From the NCBI GenBank assembly GCA_026936335.1, contig JAPMXV010000030.1, positions 62,001 through 126,000 on the forward strand: a DNA stretch of 64,000 bases. Reading direction: 5' to 3'. Both the position numbers and the translations under genes were made by a program. The notes under the pieces were generated by a model. It was not told where the DNA came from, ran no database searches, and saw nothing but the letters and a program-made list of their open reading frames with translations. Source of the stretch: Mantamonas sphyraenae STR306. Its lineage: Eukaryota > Protista > CRuMs. This document shows, piece by piece, positions 11,011 to 25,700 of the stretch (positions are counted from its first letter, which is position 1; each line of letters opens with the position of its first letter).

Positions 11011-13728
11011 GCGATCACGCCCAAACCGCTCTCCACGCCGTTCTCGACGGCAAGCACTCCCAGGCCGTCCGCTCCTGGTCCGCCGCCATCGACAATGAAT
11101 CCCACCCGCCATCTCTCGCCATACTCCTCACAAACCGTGCCCATGCCTACCTCTCTCTAGGCATGGCTCGCAAGTGCATCGCAGACTGCACCGCTGCCAT
11201 TGCCGCCCATCCATCCCACCTACGCGCCTATCTCCTCAAGGCCCAGGCACACATCAAGCAAAACAAACTCTCTGCCGCCCAACAAACCGTAGCCCAAGCC
11301 CTCAGCCTGCCCGGCCCGCACGACATCCACCTCCTCCTCCAACTCCACGACCTCGAGCTCCCGTCCCCCTCTCCGTCCCCACAGACCACGACACCGACCA
11401 ACCCCACCCCCACTGCCACTGAATCTGATACATCCTCCTCCTCCTCCTCCTCCTCCTCCTCCTCCTCCTCCTCTTCAACCCCGGCCAGCTCAAAGCCCTC
11501 TCCGGCCGTCGAGTTGGCCGTCGCCCAAGGGTACGCCCTCGTCAACGCAGGCAAGCTCAAGCGCGCCGTCGAATACTTTGACTCCCTCCTCCAGGACACA
11601 CACACACGTGTTGCAGGCGCTTACATTGGTCGCGGCACAGCACACGCCATGGCTGGCGCCTTTGCAAACGCAGTCGCTGACTACACGTCTGCCATCCGCC
11701 TTGCTCCGGATGACCCAGATCCCTACAAGCGCAGAGCACAGACCCTTGCTGCCATGGACAAGCTCCTCCCGGCCCTCGACGACCTTGACACCTGTGTCAA
11801 CCTCTCCACCGCTGACCCGTCCCTCGAACCACCTGCAGACGCCTTTTATCAGCGCGGCATCCTCCACCACCGCATGGTACGCCATCCACACCTCAAACAC
11901 CCCTCACCGCCTCTACCCACCCTCACACTCTCCGTCCCCCACCATCCCACAGAGAAACTACCTCCTCGGCGCGGCAGACCTCGCCCAGGCCGTCAAGTAC
12001 GACCCCACACACCATATCGCCTGGAACTTCTACGCCCTCTGTACAAACTCTCTTGGCTACTGCGACGACGCACTTCCTCTCTACCAGCACGCCATCGACC
12101 TCGTCCCTACCTTCAAGGAAGGATATGTCAACCTCGGTCAGTGCCATCGCGACTCTGGCAACTACGACCTCTGCGAACACTTCTTTGCACAGTCCATTCG
12201 CCTCGATCCAACCTACTTCCATGCATACCACATGCGCGGCATCGCACGCTACGGCGTAGGCAACCATCGCAAAGCCCTCGCAGACTTTACCGTAGCCGTC
12301 CAGCTCAACCCTGAAAGCGTCGACGTGCACTACTACCGCGCGGTCGCCCTCCACGCTCTTGGACAGTACGCAAAGGCCCTCGCCGAGTACGACCTCATCC
12401 TCGCCTCCCAACCCGCCCACCACTCCTACTACACCCGCCAAGTCATGCTCCTCTGTGCAAACTCCATCGACTCTCCGTGGTCCGACGTCAACTGGGATCG
12501 CATGCTTCACCCACACCTCAAAGAAGGCTGGTGCAAGCGTACAAATCCCGCTGCCCTTCCTTCCGACTACTCCCCCTTCCCAGATCCCACTCCCAAACAC
12601 CTCCCCGCGCTTCCACTGTTCCCCACCCTCTCCAAAGCCCAAACCCAGCTCCTTGACCATGCCACCCAGCTCGGCTACCTCATGCACCTCGACTCCCCAG
12701 GCTTCCTGTCCAATGCCCGCCAACAGCGCTTCTCCGGCTTCTCTATCCTCGAGATGGCTCAGCGCATCCGCCGTGCATGGGATGGCTCCCAACAAACCTC
12801 CTCCGACGCTTCTTCCTCCCACCCCGACTACCTCCTCTCCACAGGCGAACATCCCTTTGGCTGGCGCGACTTTTGTGACATTGGCGTCAAGTGGCGCCAG
12901 CTCTCCGAGCCCAACGACCCCGTCTGGTGGGTCGATTCCCTCAGCAAAGAGGCCTTTCAAGAGGGCTTCGGCTCCCACACGCCTCTCTACAGCGGTCAGA
13001 CCCGTGTCGTCCGCTACTTTCCCCAATTCCAGCGAGCCTTTGCCATCTTTCGCTCCCTCATGCCCCATCAGTGCCACGACCTCCCTCAATCCGCACACTC
13101 CACCATCAAACACGCCCCAGACCATCCAGACTCTCTCCACACCCTCTACCAACTCATGGGCTCCGATTTCTACGTTGTGACCCCCTGCTATTCTCTCCTC
13201 CACGCCGACGACCATACACACGCGCACGATGACGATGCTACTCACTACGAAGGCACGCGCCTCACCATCCAAAAGATGAGACCCCACGGCTACGAGTTCT
13301 CCATCCGCACCCCTGGCACGCCCGCACGCTGGCAGCAGTACGACGACGAGCTCGCTGCACTCTTCCAACGCCTGCACGACCTCGCCACTGCAGACACTCT
13401 CGATCTAGAGCAGTACTATCGCACCGCCACCCACTTTGCCTTTTACTGGTACAACTTCATGCCCCTCAGTCGCGGTACCGCCGCCATCGGCTACACCTGC
13501 ATCATCGCCCTCCTCCTCGCCGTCGGCTACCGCGTCACACGACGCGTCCCTCCAGGCCAGCAGGCTGACTGGGAAGCCATCCTTGAACCCCATGCAGACA
13601 ACTTCCACGCCTGGATCCGAGATTGGCAATTCGACTCTCTCCAATTCGACCCAATCCTCGACGACCTCCCGCTCGTCACAGACTCCTTTCCCACCCTCCG
13701 ACACGCCCTCGCTGCCATGATGGCCTAG
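11007..13728 (+). CDS. TTC13: TPR protein of the TTC13 / plant SRFR1 family; intron 11877-11952
   Basis: N-terminal and central TPR repeats plus family motifs VKWRQLSEPNDPVWWVD, EGFGSHTP, FSIRTPGTPARW and YWYNFMPLSRGTAA. Confidence 0.88.
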
Positions 13729-13789
13729 TCACATGTCCCCGCCTCCCATGCCAATCAAAACCCAAAACCATTTCCAACCTCAGGTCCTC

Positions 13790-16700
13790 ATGCCACGACG
13801 CACGCATCCCCTTGCACGCCAGCTCCTCGCGCTGCTCCTTTGTATGTGGCCATCCCCTTTGCCCACCTTTCATCCTCACCTCCTTCCCGCCTTGGCCGGC
13901 CCAGCTGACGCAAAAAGGTCCTCCCCTGCAATTTTCACCGCCCGCCGACCTGTCTTCCCCTCCAGTGTGCGTCCTTGGCGCCCTTGCAAACACAGACCGT
14001 GCAGCAAACCTCTTTGGCACCTCCAACTACGCATATATCCCCAAGCCCAGTACGTTTCCCATCACATCCGACCCTCCCCTTGCCCCTCTGCAACCGTCGC
14101 CCGCGCTCCGGACACACACAAACTTGGCGCCGACGACCCCCCGCTTCCGCGCTGCCTCCCCCTTTTTCTCCTTCCCTGCCCCACGGTGCTCATCCTCCCG
14201 CCCCCACACCCATGCACAGACGAGGCCCCGCTCCGTCCAGGCACAAAGCAATGGACGCTCAGCCTGTGGGCCTTGGCCAATCCTATCAGCACTGCAAATG
14301 GCCATCTTGTGATGCACGGCAAACAGCCAACCGGCGCAAACATCGGCCAGGGCTACTACTGGTCCCTCAAGTACGCCACCTCCAAGCTCGAGGCTGCCGT
14401 CCGCTACAGGGACAACCTTGATACAAACTTCATCATTGGCCAGGGCAACACCGTCGTCGTCGACAATTCTTGGCACCACATTGTCTTTATGCGCATCAAT
14501 CGCTACGACTACCAGATCATCGTCGACGGAACCGTCGACAAGCGTCTGTCCACATCCAACGCCTTTCTCAAGCAGTTTCTCGGCTACGAACAGATCGTTG
14601 ACGGCGCCTTTACCATCGGCAGGCCCAACGACGCAAACGGAAATCCAACCGTCCCAGCCGAACAAGATCAGAAGAATGAGTGTGAGTCGCCATCCATCCT
14701 CCACCCCACACACTCCCCCTTCAGCTTCCCTTTTCCACATGCTCACCCCTCCTGCCCTTCTCACCGTTCACAGTCTGGCTTGATGAGCTTCAGCTCTACC
14801 ACCGCTCCTTCTCCATCTACCAGGTCTCCACCTACCTCACCGTCGCCTCCAAGGCGAACCTCCTCGGCACTCAGCTCCTCGCCGACCTCGCCATCGCCGA
14901 CTACTGGCAGTTCAACACAGACGCGTGGGTCTCGTCTGTTGCCGGTGCCGTCCAGCTCACAACCGTTCCAGGAGGCCTTTACCCAATGACCACACAGCCC
15001 ACAGAGGTGCCCACAAAGACCTCTCGCGTCCTCCGTCGTGATTCCACCTACAAGATGCTCGCTTTCCAAGAAGCCGGCCAGCCTGTGGCCTGCTCCCCCG
15101 GCTGGCTCACCTCGGGCGTTGACAGCTTCTCCCTGGAAACATGGATTAATGTCGACAACCCGTCCGACAACGCATACCGTTCAGAGACCAACGCCACCTT
15201 TTTCGATGTCCTCTACTACCAGCACGCCTCTGCACGTGTCGCCCTTTCCTTCAAGCGCATCAGCACAAAGATTCCAGGCACGTACGCCGCCGTCGACCCG
15301 CTCCAAAGCGACCTCGAGTGGCGCGTAACCATCAACAACGCCACGTGGACCACCTCCTCTCACACTTCCTCCTCTGCAGACACCGTCGCCGCTCAGTCCG
15401 GTGCATGGCACCATGTTGCCTTTGCCAAAAACGCAACCGACCTTGCGTTCTATCTCGACGGCGATCCCATCTACGCCATCACCTACTCCGCGCAGGGAGA
15501 CACCACACGACATTCACAGGACACGTTTACCCTCGGCGCGCGCCCCTACGGCTCCACAGGGCATCTTGCAGGCAAGCTCGATCAGCTGCGTGCCTGGGAT
15601 CATTCCCGTTCTCTCGCACAGATTCGCCAGTTCTTTGACGTCACCCTCGACATCGACACCCCCAACCTCCTACTCTACTACAACATGAACACTGCCACCG
15701 CGGGAAACGTGACTGGCATCAACACCGCAGAGTGCGCCCTTCTCCAAAACACTCTTGCCGCAATTGCCACAAGCAACGCACCCATCTTTGAATCTCGCGC
15801 TGCCTACGACGCAATTTCACCACAGGCACTCGCTTCCTGCTACGACGACACCTCCCTCGCCCTCACCTACCCTGTCGGCAAAGGTGTCCTCCCAACCCAC
15901 AAGCTGGCCTTTGCCCCCAACGGCCGCTGCGCATACAAGTCCTTCCGCACCTCCGCGTCCACAGTCAACACAACAGGAACCTCCTTCACCCTCGCCACTC
16001 CCGTCACCACCGCAGGAACCTATCAAATCTGCTACTCCAGCGACGGCGGCCTCACCTACGCTGGCCAATCCGCGACCGTCCGCTTCCCAGCCACCACGTC
16101 TGCCGGCTCCATCGTCCTGCCGTCCTCCCCTTCCAACCAGTCCGTCGTCTCGGGCTCCCAATTCACCTTTACCCTTGTTGCGCGCGATGCGAACAAGGTC
16201 GTCCACACGCCTTGCCAAGCACACGTCGAAAACTTCACCTGCGCCTTCTCCAACCCGCTTTCCACCTCCATTGCAAGCCAGGTCCAGGCTACCCAGATCA
16301 ACGGCACCCACTATACCTGCACCCTCCGCCTCGACGACGTCACCACCGCTCCCAACCAATTCCAATTCCTCTATGAAGGCGAGCCCGTGCCCATCCTCGG
16401 CGGCTCGTTCACAGCCTCCGTCTTTGCCGGTCCCCTGTCTCACTTAGGCACCCGTTTGGCTGCCCAGACTGTCCCACAGCTCCCTGTCCTCGCTCAAAAC
16501 GACGGCGTCGACATTCTCGCCGGCGATCGCTTCGGCAACGCGCGCCTCAGCACAGCAGACCTCGCCAGCATCCACACCGTCGTCCTCGACCCGACAAACG
16601 CTACCGTCCCCTCTACGCTCACCGCCGTCGGCAGCGGCCTCTACCGCACTCGCTTCACCGCGCAAACAACTGGCACCTTCCTCCTCAACGTCACTGTCCT

Positions 16701-19700
16701 CGGTCAACTGGTCCCAGGCAGCCCTTTCCCCATGCACGTCCTCCCACCTGCCAACTTCTCCGCCTTTGCCCCTTCCTTTGGGCCCCAGCAGGGAGGCACC
16801 CGAATCACGCTCACCGGCACAAACTTTGTCCAGGGCTCCACCCTCCAGGCGCGCATCGGCGCCCTCCCTGCGACCATCCTCTACGTCTCTTCCACTCGTG
16901 CCGTCATCACAACCCCGGCCAGTGACGCTGTGGATGTCTCCCGTCCCATCGTCGTCACCTCAAACGCCTTTGCCAACTTCTCCCAAGGCGACAACGCGCA
17001 GTTCACCTACCTGCCCACAGAGACGCTGTCTGCATTCACTCCAGAGACAGGCAAGACCTACGGTGGCCTCAACGTCACCGTCACAGGCTCCCAGTTTCGA
17101 GACACCGCACAGCTCACCTGCCGCTTCGACACCCTTGCCGCAACCGCCTACTACGTCAGTGCCTCCGTGGTCATCTGTTTGACCCCGCCCAGCGATCCTG
17201 TGCGCCGCGTCATCGGCATTGCAAACAACGGCATCGACTTTGCAACCCTCGCCGACCCGCGTTTTGCCTACGTCGCTCCCTTCTCCGAGCTATGCCGTAC
17301 CACCGGCGAGCTTAGCACGGGCATCGAACAGCGCACCAAACTTGGCCTAGAGTACTACCCCAACCTGGCCCTCTCTGGCGCAACCACAACGGGCTCCTCC
17401 CCAGGCTCTGACAACGGCACCTTTCCCGACGGCATCAAGGACGGCGACCGCTGCTGCAAGTTTGACACCACCTCAGAAGGCTTCAAGTGCGGCATTCAGT
17501 TCAATCGCACTGCCCTCGGTACAGACACACAGGCTGCCCATGTCAACCTCAAATCCGCCGCCTACATCAACCAGTTCGTCACCACCTGGTACAAGCCATG
17601 CCGAAACCAGCCCCTGCGCTACGAGATCCAAGCCCTCAATGCGACTTCGCTCGAATGGGTCACTTTGCTCGCTCGAGTCACTCGCTTCACCAACAACCAA
17701 AACCTGTTCACCGAGCAGCTGACTCCTTGTGCGCAGGTGCCCGGCGACGCAACAGACGCGGTCAGTATCTGCCACGATTTTCTCCCCACATTCATCAACG
17801 TTGCCTATCTCAACTACCGTGTCCTCTTCAACAACTCCGAGGCCCTGATGGGCGCCATGGGAACAAGCACAGACGGAGGCTGGCTCTACGAGTTTGAACT
17901 CCACGGCGTCTACAGCAATGACCCGACGGCACTTGTCATCGTGGGCACCTCCAACGCTTCCAACGCCTTGCAGTCGCTGCAGACCACCACCATCCCACCG
18001 GTCGCCGTCGAAACACGCAACCTCGCCAACCAACAAATCGGCCAGCTCGACGAAACCACGACGCGTATCACCGCCACTCTCCAGCAAAGTCTCGATCAAG
18101 GCATCTCCTACGTGGATGTCACTTCTTCGGGCCTCGGTGGTACCACACAGCTCGCCACAAGCATTGGCACCGCAAACTTCACTGCCCTCACTGCCCTGCG
18201 CCCGCGAGCTGCTCTCTACCGCCTCATCCTCACTTCAAACACAGGACTGACTGCAAACTACACATTTTCCGTTGTTGCTGGTCCCGTGGCCATCCTGGTG
18301 CTCTCCGACGGCACCGCTGCGTCGCAGTCTCATCTTACCGCTTCAAACGTCACCCTGGACGGCGTGGTGGTGCAGGCTACAGATGCGGGTTCCAATAAGC
18401 TTCCTGCCGCTTCGGGCTTCACCGTCCAAGCCACCCTTTCTGCCACCGATCCCTCTGTCATCACTGCAGGCGTGCTGCATGGCAACGTTTCGCTTTCCAT
18501 GGTCTCAGGCTCGGCCAACTTTTCCCAGCTCCAGCTCCGGCTCCCTCGCCCCAGCAACGCGTATGTACTCACCTTCCAGTCGGCTGGCCTCTCCAGCGTC
18601 GCCGTCGCAGTAACCATCGTGCCCGGGCGCCCGCACTCGCTCAATGTCACCGGCGGCACAGGTACGGTGCACAGTGCAGCCTCGTCACCCATGCCTACAC
18701 TCTTTGTGGACATCCTAGACGTCACAGGCACCGTCACTACACAGCCTGTCTCTGTGCAAGGCGTTGCTGGCCAACACGTCGCATTGGTAGTTCCCGCGCC
18801 CCTCGCTCCCCTCGCAAGTGGCACCCTCGTGCGCACGGCCTCTGCAGGACGTGTTCAACTCTCGGGTGTCACCTTTGCCCATCCACCACAAGGTGCATAT
18901 CGCTTCGGCGTCACACTTCTCAACACGACCACCATCGCGGCCAATGCGACGAGCGACCTCACAGTCACCCCGGGGGACAGCTACTCACTCCATGTCACCT
19001 CGTCTGCGCTTGGAACCTACCGCGCTGTCTCCCAGGTCACGCTCAATGCAATGGTTGTCCAGGTACGCGATCGAGCGGGCAACGCAATCCAAACCACGCG
19101 CAGCGTCCATTCAGACAGCATCCGCGTCATCCTGGACGTGTCACCCGTCACAGCCTCCTTGTCTGCCGGTTCCACAGTGCAGATCAACACGACAGTCGGC
19201 AGTGCTCTCTTTGGCAACCTCCGCCTGGATTTGCCCAAGGTCGGCGACTATTCGTTGCTGGTGTATGGCACTGCAGGGACCACGGCCTCCGCCAGCTCGC
19301 TCGTGCCTGCTCGTGCCAACTTCACCATTGCCGCAGGCGACGCAGTGTCTGTGCAAAGGGTGGGTGCTGCAAACGACCTCACCGTGGCCACGCAGCCGTT
19401 GGTCTCACTCGGTACGCTCATCATGCGCCTCGCCGACGTGGCGGGCAATCTTTTGGGTCAATTGGACGCCACTGTGTACAACATGAGCGTGAGTGCGATC
19501 GGTGCGCAATTGCAAGGCACAACGAGCCTGAACGCAACGCAATCGGCGGGCCAATTTGTCTTTGACTCCCTGCAACTGGTTGCTCCTGCTCTCGATCCAC
19601 CCACTGTCCTCGTGTTCAACACCTGGCCTTCCCCCGTGGCAGGCGTCAACGTCACCGTCAATGTCGTCGCCGGCCCTCCATTTGCCCTAAGTCTCCTCAA

Positions 19701-22700
19701 TGCCTCCTCGCCCCTTCAGTCTCCCTCTGCAGAATACACCACACTGCAGGTGGTACGTGTTACCGCTCTCGACGTCCAAGGCAACCAGGTCCGGCCGGAA
19801 CAACTGGCCGGTGTCACAGTCTCTGCCATCCTCGCAAACTCCTCGCTCGCGTTTGTGGGCCAGGCCGCTGCCACGTTTGACAACACCTCCTCGCAGCTGC
19901 CCTTTGCCAACCTCACCTTTTACCGCCCTGTCGCTGGACAATACCTGCTCACCTTTGCCGCACCGTCTCTGGGCATTGTCAACGCAACGCTTCCGTTTCA
20001 GATCACCGTGGGAGCTGCGTTCGAGGTGCGCAGCTCCACAGCAGGCGTCAACTCGTACCGTACGGACAAGACCGTGGCTCTGAACACCCAAACCGCCTGG
20101 CTTGTCGACGCCGGTGGCTCGCTGCTCAAGCTGCCGCTGCCGCAGCTGATTGTCGTCAGCCTCGTTGGCGACGCAGCGTTGTCGGGCACGCTGCAAGTTA
20201 ACACAAGCACGAGCACGGGCCTCGCTGTGTTTGACACCCTGCAATTGGTTCGCCCAAACAATGGGACGTACACGCTGCGCTTTGCAAAAGGCTCACTGAT
20301 TGCGGCCAACCAAGCGATTTCCATTGTGCCTGGACGCGCGGTGAGCATGTCTGCGGCCACAACGCAGCTGTTGGACGTCCCTTCAGAGCTCTCCAGCCAA
20401 CTGGCAACATTCGACGTGACCGTGCACGACGCAGCTGGGAATCTCGTGCAGGAATCCGCACTTGTCAACTCGACCGTGCTCAGCGTGCGTCTCCTCAACG
20501 ACTCAATCACACTGTCGGGTAACACAAGCGTATCCCTGGGCACAGACGCCACCACGCCAGGGGTGGGCCGGTTTTCGGGCCTTTCGCTCCCGTCGCCTGT
20601 GCTCGGCACGTACACCCTGGAGGTGTACGCAAGCGACGCCTACATCGACAACAATGTCACACTGACCTTTCGCGTGGTCGTGGGCTCGGCGCGCACCGTC
20701 CGTCTCGACGTTCCCGCCCAGTCGCCCACGCTGCAGTCGGACACAACCGTGGCACTGCCCACAGTCCGCGTCAGTCTCCTCGACGCTGGAGGGGCGCTTG
20801 TGACAAACGATGCTCTCAATGGCACCCGCACTGTGCGTGCCTACGCCTCGGTGGCTGCCACAGGTGTGGGTCCGGCGTCTGAGATCTTGTTTGTGGATGG
20901 GCGAGCCACGCTCACAGGCATCTCTCTGACCAACCCGCCGCATGGTGTCAATACCCTCACCCTGAATTCCGTTGGCCTGGTCAACGCCTCGTTGAGTGTG
21001 ATTGTGGTCGCCGGCTTACCCAAAAGCTTGCACATCGTCGCCGGTGTCAACGGATCGTATGCAAGTGGGTTTGCTGTCCCCATTGGCAACCTGTCGCTGG
21101 AGGCACACGATGCGGCAGGCGAGTTTACACCTCTCACTGCCTCGCTAGCTGCCGTGACGGTGCAGCTCAACACCTCCAGCCACAAACTGGGTGGCACCGC
21201 CTCGTTGCCGATGCAGAACGGGCGCGTGGAATTCGATACCCTCACTCTCGACGCCCTGGCTGCAGGCGCCTACCAACTCGAGTTTGCCACAGCCACGCCC
21301 GGTGTGGCAGGTGCGCTCGCTACCTTCCAGGTCACGACAGGCACGGCCACGCAATTGGTTGCAAACACGAGCGTGCTCAGCGTCCAGGCCCTTGTGAACA
21401 CGCCGTTGGCCGTCGTTGCCCTACACACACGCGACGCCGGAGGAAACGATCTGCGCGGCATCGACCCCACGCTGCGCAACATCAGCGTGAGCGTGGTCGC
21501 TGCAAACATCACCGTGCAAGGCCCACCCTCCCATCCAATGGCTGCCGGCGTCGCAATTGTGGCTGGTCTCAGCCTCAATCGACCCATAGCAGGCCATTAT
21601 GCGATTCGTCTCGACAGTACGGGGCTCGTTGGGGTCCATGTCGACCTCAATGTGGCTGTAGGGCCGGCAGAGCGCTTGGTCGTCACTGGTGCAACTGCGC
21701 TGCGTGTCCAAAGTACACAGAGCACCACTCTGCCCAGCACATCGGTGGCGCTCGTCGACGCCGGAGGTTCGCTCCTCGGTGCCGCAGACGTGGAGGCGCG
21801 AAACATCAGCGTGCTGTTTGTAGACGACGAGCTCACCACGCAGCCAGCCACCGTCTCCATGGAAAACGGCGCAGCCACCGTGTCTGGGTTGCGTGTCGCA
21901 ACTCCTCGTGAGGGTAACTATACGATGCAGCTGCGCACTCCAGGGGTTCTGCAGGCCAACGTGTCGGTGCGTGTCGATGTGGGTGCAGGGCACAGACTGC
22001 GCTTGTGCAACCTGTCCAGCGGTCAAGACAGCTTCTCTGCAATGACAGACGTGTATGTTCGTGTGCCCGACGTGCACGTATGTGTCGTGGACGTTGCGGG
22101 CGTGCCGCTTGGGACGCGAGACACAGTGTCACGCACTCTGTCCCTTTCCGCAGATACGCAAGTTGCCAATGCCAACTTGCAGTTTGCTTCCGTGTCTGGT
22201 GCTGCCACGGTGTCCAACGCCACGCTCGTGCGACCCCAGCCAGGTGCACACACAGTGACCATCCAGTCTGGCTCGCTCGTCCCGCTGGTCGTCCACATCA
22301 ATATCTCCAGCGGTTTTGCACGCTCCCTGCACATCCCAACGTACACGACGGCTGCTCAGCCCACAAGCTCATCCAAGCGCATCGACCCCATCACTGTGTA
22401 CGCCCTCGACGCAAGTGGCAGCAATACGCAGCTCCTCGAAAACGGCGCCGTCAACGTCTCTGTCGCATTCGCTCAAGGTTCGCCGTCTGTCCCCTTGTCG
22501 GGCATTCTCAGTGTGCCTGTGATGTCTGGGTCGGCTGTGGTCGACAGCGTGATCATGCAAGCTCCGTCTGCGTCTGTGGGCACCTACGTGTTGCGATTCA
22601 CTGCACCCGGCCTCATTCCAGTGCAACAGAATGTCCACATCGGTGTCGGCCTGCCCGAGTCATTGCGCGTTGGCCAAGCCACGACAAGGCTGTTGAGCGA

Positions 22701-25700
22701 CGTGTCCACTTCCCTGGGCAACATTCCTGTTCTCGGCATTGACGCAGGTGGATCTCTCTCCGGTGCTGTAGACACAGCGACACGCTCTGTCTCTGTGGTT
22801 TCGCTCAACACCACGCAGGTGACGCTGTCGGGCGATCTGACACGTGCGATGAACGACAGCCGTGTGGTTTTCGCTGCTTTGAGCGTGCAGCGACCGCGAG
22901 TTGGCGTGTACTGGCTTCGCTTTGCCTCTGCCGGCCTCCAACCAGTGCTGTGGTCGTACGAAATTGCACCTGGACGTGCCACTGCGCTCAGGCTTGTCTA
23001 CAACACTTCCGCCATGCTCGTCTACGCCTCCGAGTCCGTGGGCCTGGACACAGTCCTTGTGCAATCCATCGACGCCGGGGGAAATCTGGTGGGTGCAGAA
23101 GACGCCAATCCACAACCTGTGCGTGTACAGGTTGTTTCTGGGCCGGGGTCTCTCGATGCGGCTCGCCAACCCCTCTCATCGGTTGAACTGCTGGGCCAAA
23201 CCGCGCGTGGGATGACCAACGGCGTCGTGTCCATGTCTGGGCTGTCCATGGTGCGCCCACGAAATGGTACCCACCAGCTGCAATTCTCCAGGGTGCCTCT
23301 TGAGAGCGCATCCTTGCAGGTCAAGGTAGAAGTAGGCCCGGCCGCAGCTCTGTCCCAGTCGTCGCTGCCCTCAAACGGACTGAATGTGACGTACGCCAGC
23401 GACGGGTCCGGCAGCATTGCCCTCCCTACGTTGCGTGTGGGCGTGCGCGACGCCGGAGGCAACATCCCGGGAGGTGCGCTGGCTACCATCGTTTCCATCT
23501 CTGCCAGCGAGGCGACGGCTCCAGCTGCTTCCGTGTCTGTCCATGGACAGCGACAAAGCCGCAGCGCACAGTACCTGCGATCCACGTCGGCCGTGCTTGT
23601 TGCTGGTACGCTCTCGCAGGCGGTGAGTGGCGGCCGCAAGGAAGCGGTGTTTGCCGACCTGCGCATCCGTGCACGTGTGGGTCTCTACCGCCTCTCCTTT
23701 TCTGCCTCTGGTCTCCTCAGTCCACCTGTGTTGTCTGTGGCTGTGCGTGCAGGTGCTCCGCGTACAATCGTGGCCGTGCAGAACGCAAGCACCACGTACG
23801 CAAACTCAGGCCCGCTCGAGACACAGCCTGTCTTTCAGCTGTATGACGACAACGGCAACGAGTCTCCCACGTCCAACGTACAGCTTCGTGTGTCTCTGAC
23901 ACGCACGGGGGTGACTCCCTCCGAGTCACCCGTGGATGAACGTGGTACGCTTGCCATCTCCGATGAAGCCGGACAGGTCACGTACACGGCGCTGCGGTTC
24001 CAGGGCAGACGTGGCCAGTGGTACTCTCTGACGGTTGACGAGAATCAAGGCAATACGTTGCGTGCGTGGACTCTGGACTTTGCAGTCAAGGTTGACGCAT
24101 GCGGGCTGGGCACAGAACCAGACGCAGCCACGGGCGTCACCTGCGTCTGTGCGCCGGGATACTTTATCAACGATGTCAGCGTGTGCCAACCCTGCCCCAA
24201 TGGCCAGTACCAGCCGCTTCCCAACCAGGTCGAGTGCCAGAAATGCAAGGTGGACATGGACACAGGCGGCAACTTTGCCTCGACGGCGCGCGAGCAGTGC
24301 GTTTGCAATCCAGGCCGGTATGACACGGGACGCCTCGACGACAACAAAGATCCCGTGTGTGAGTCGTGCAACAAGGGCATGCGCTGTGATCAGGGATTGG
24401 AGCCCGAAGCTCGACCAGGCTTCTTCCGCTTCACGGGCTCCAAGGTAGGCCAGGCCTTCACCTGCCCCAACCCCAGAGCATGCCTGGGTGGACCCAACTC
24501 CACGTGCTCCGAAGGCTACGAAGGGCCCCTGTGCGCCGTGTGTGCGGACAACTACGGCAACTTTGGCTACGAATGCCAGCCGTGCGGCGATCCCGCAGGA
24601 AATGTGGCAGCGGTGGTCTGCATTGCCCTGGCAGCCCTGGCCATCCTCACCACCCTCGTCTACACGTCCACGGGTGCAAAGTCGGATCTGTCCATTGTGA
24701 TGAAGATTCTGCTCAACTACCTCCAGGTGATCGCCTTTCTGGGCGAGTTCCGTATGCAGTGGCCCTCCTCCATGCTCGGCCTCTTCCAAGGCTCCTCCGT
24801 GTCTCTTTTCACCCTCGACTTTCATCCGATCGATTGCACCTTCCAGGCCAGCTTCTACAGCCAGTTTGTGTCGTACATGCTCTTTCCGGTTGTGGTGGTG
24901 GTGGCTCCGGCCATCGTGTTTGGCATCTACTACCTCATTCAGGTGTACCGTCTGGGCAACGACATGGATCTGGTCGAGTCCTACCAGTCGGACTCTTCCG
25001 AGCGCAATCGCAATCTGGTGTTGAACCCATCTGGTGGCGATGCACGAAGGGCAGCCGGTGCAGGCACCCCTGCTGACCCGCAGCTAGCTGCCAACACAGC
25101 AGCAAACGCGGCTGGTGGCAGCGACAAATTGAAGCGCATGATGGAACAGAGCGACGATATCAAGCTAAAGGTTGCACTGAAGCGTGTGCAGGGCCGTGTT
25201 AAGGAGCTTTATGTGGTGACGCTTCTGGTGACGCTGTTCCTTGCGCATCCAGCCGTGTCCAAGCAGGTGTTGCAGGCGTTTGACTGCATGGAGCTCGACT
25301 CACGCTCGTACCTCGTCTCTGACATGCGTATTTCGTGCACCAGCGAAGAATACCTGACGTTCCGCAACACATACGGCTACCTGATGTTGTTTGCCTACTG
25401 CGTGGGTCTGCTCTTTGTGGGCTTGGCCATCCTTTTTAGCATCCGCAACCGTCTGGCCGCCCCCGAGGTGCAGGCGCGGTTCCGTTTCCTGTACGACGGC
25501 TATGCCAACAAGCGCTTCTACTGGGAGATGGTCATTGTGGCACGCAAGCTCATTGTGGCAGGCATCATTGTGTTTGGGCGCGCAGAGCCGCTGACACAGC
25601 TGTATGCAGGTTGTTGGATGGTTCTGGGTGCCTTGATCCTCCACCTGTACTCACGTCCTTTTGTGAACAAGAACAACACACACCTGGAGACGCTCTCGCT

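Noticed and set aside
90-13700. Many long overlapping Pro/Ser/His-rich or Gly/Glu-rich ORFs in alternative frames and on the antisense strand (for example 1971-3497, 3799-5073, 11923-13377)
   Set aside because: Shadow ORFs: the extreme C/G skew depletes stop codons. They show no domain motifs and overlap well-supported genes.
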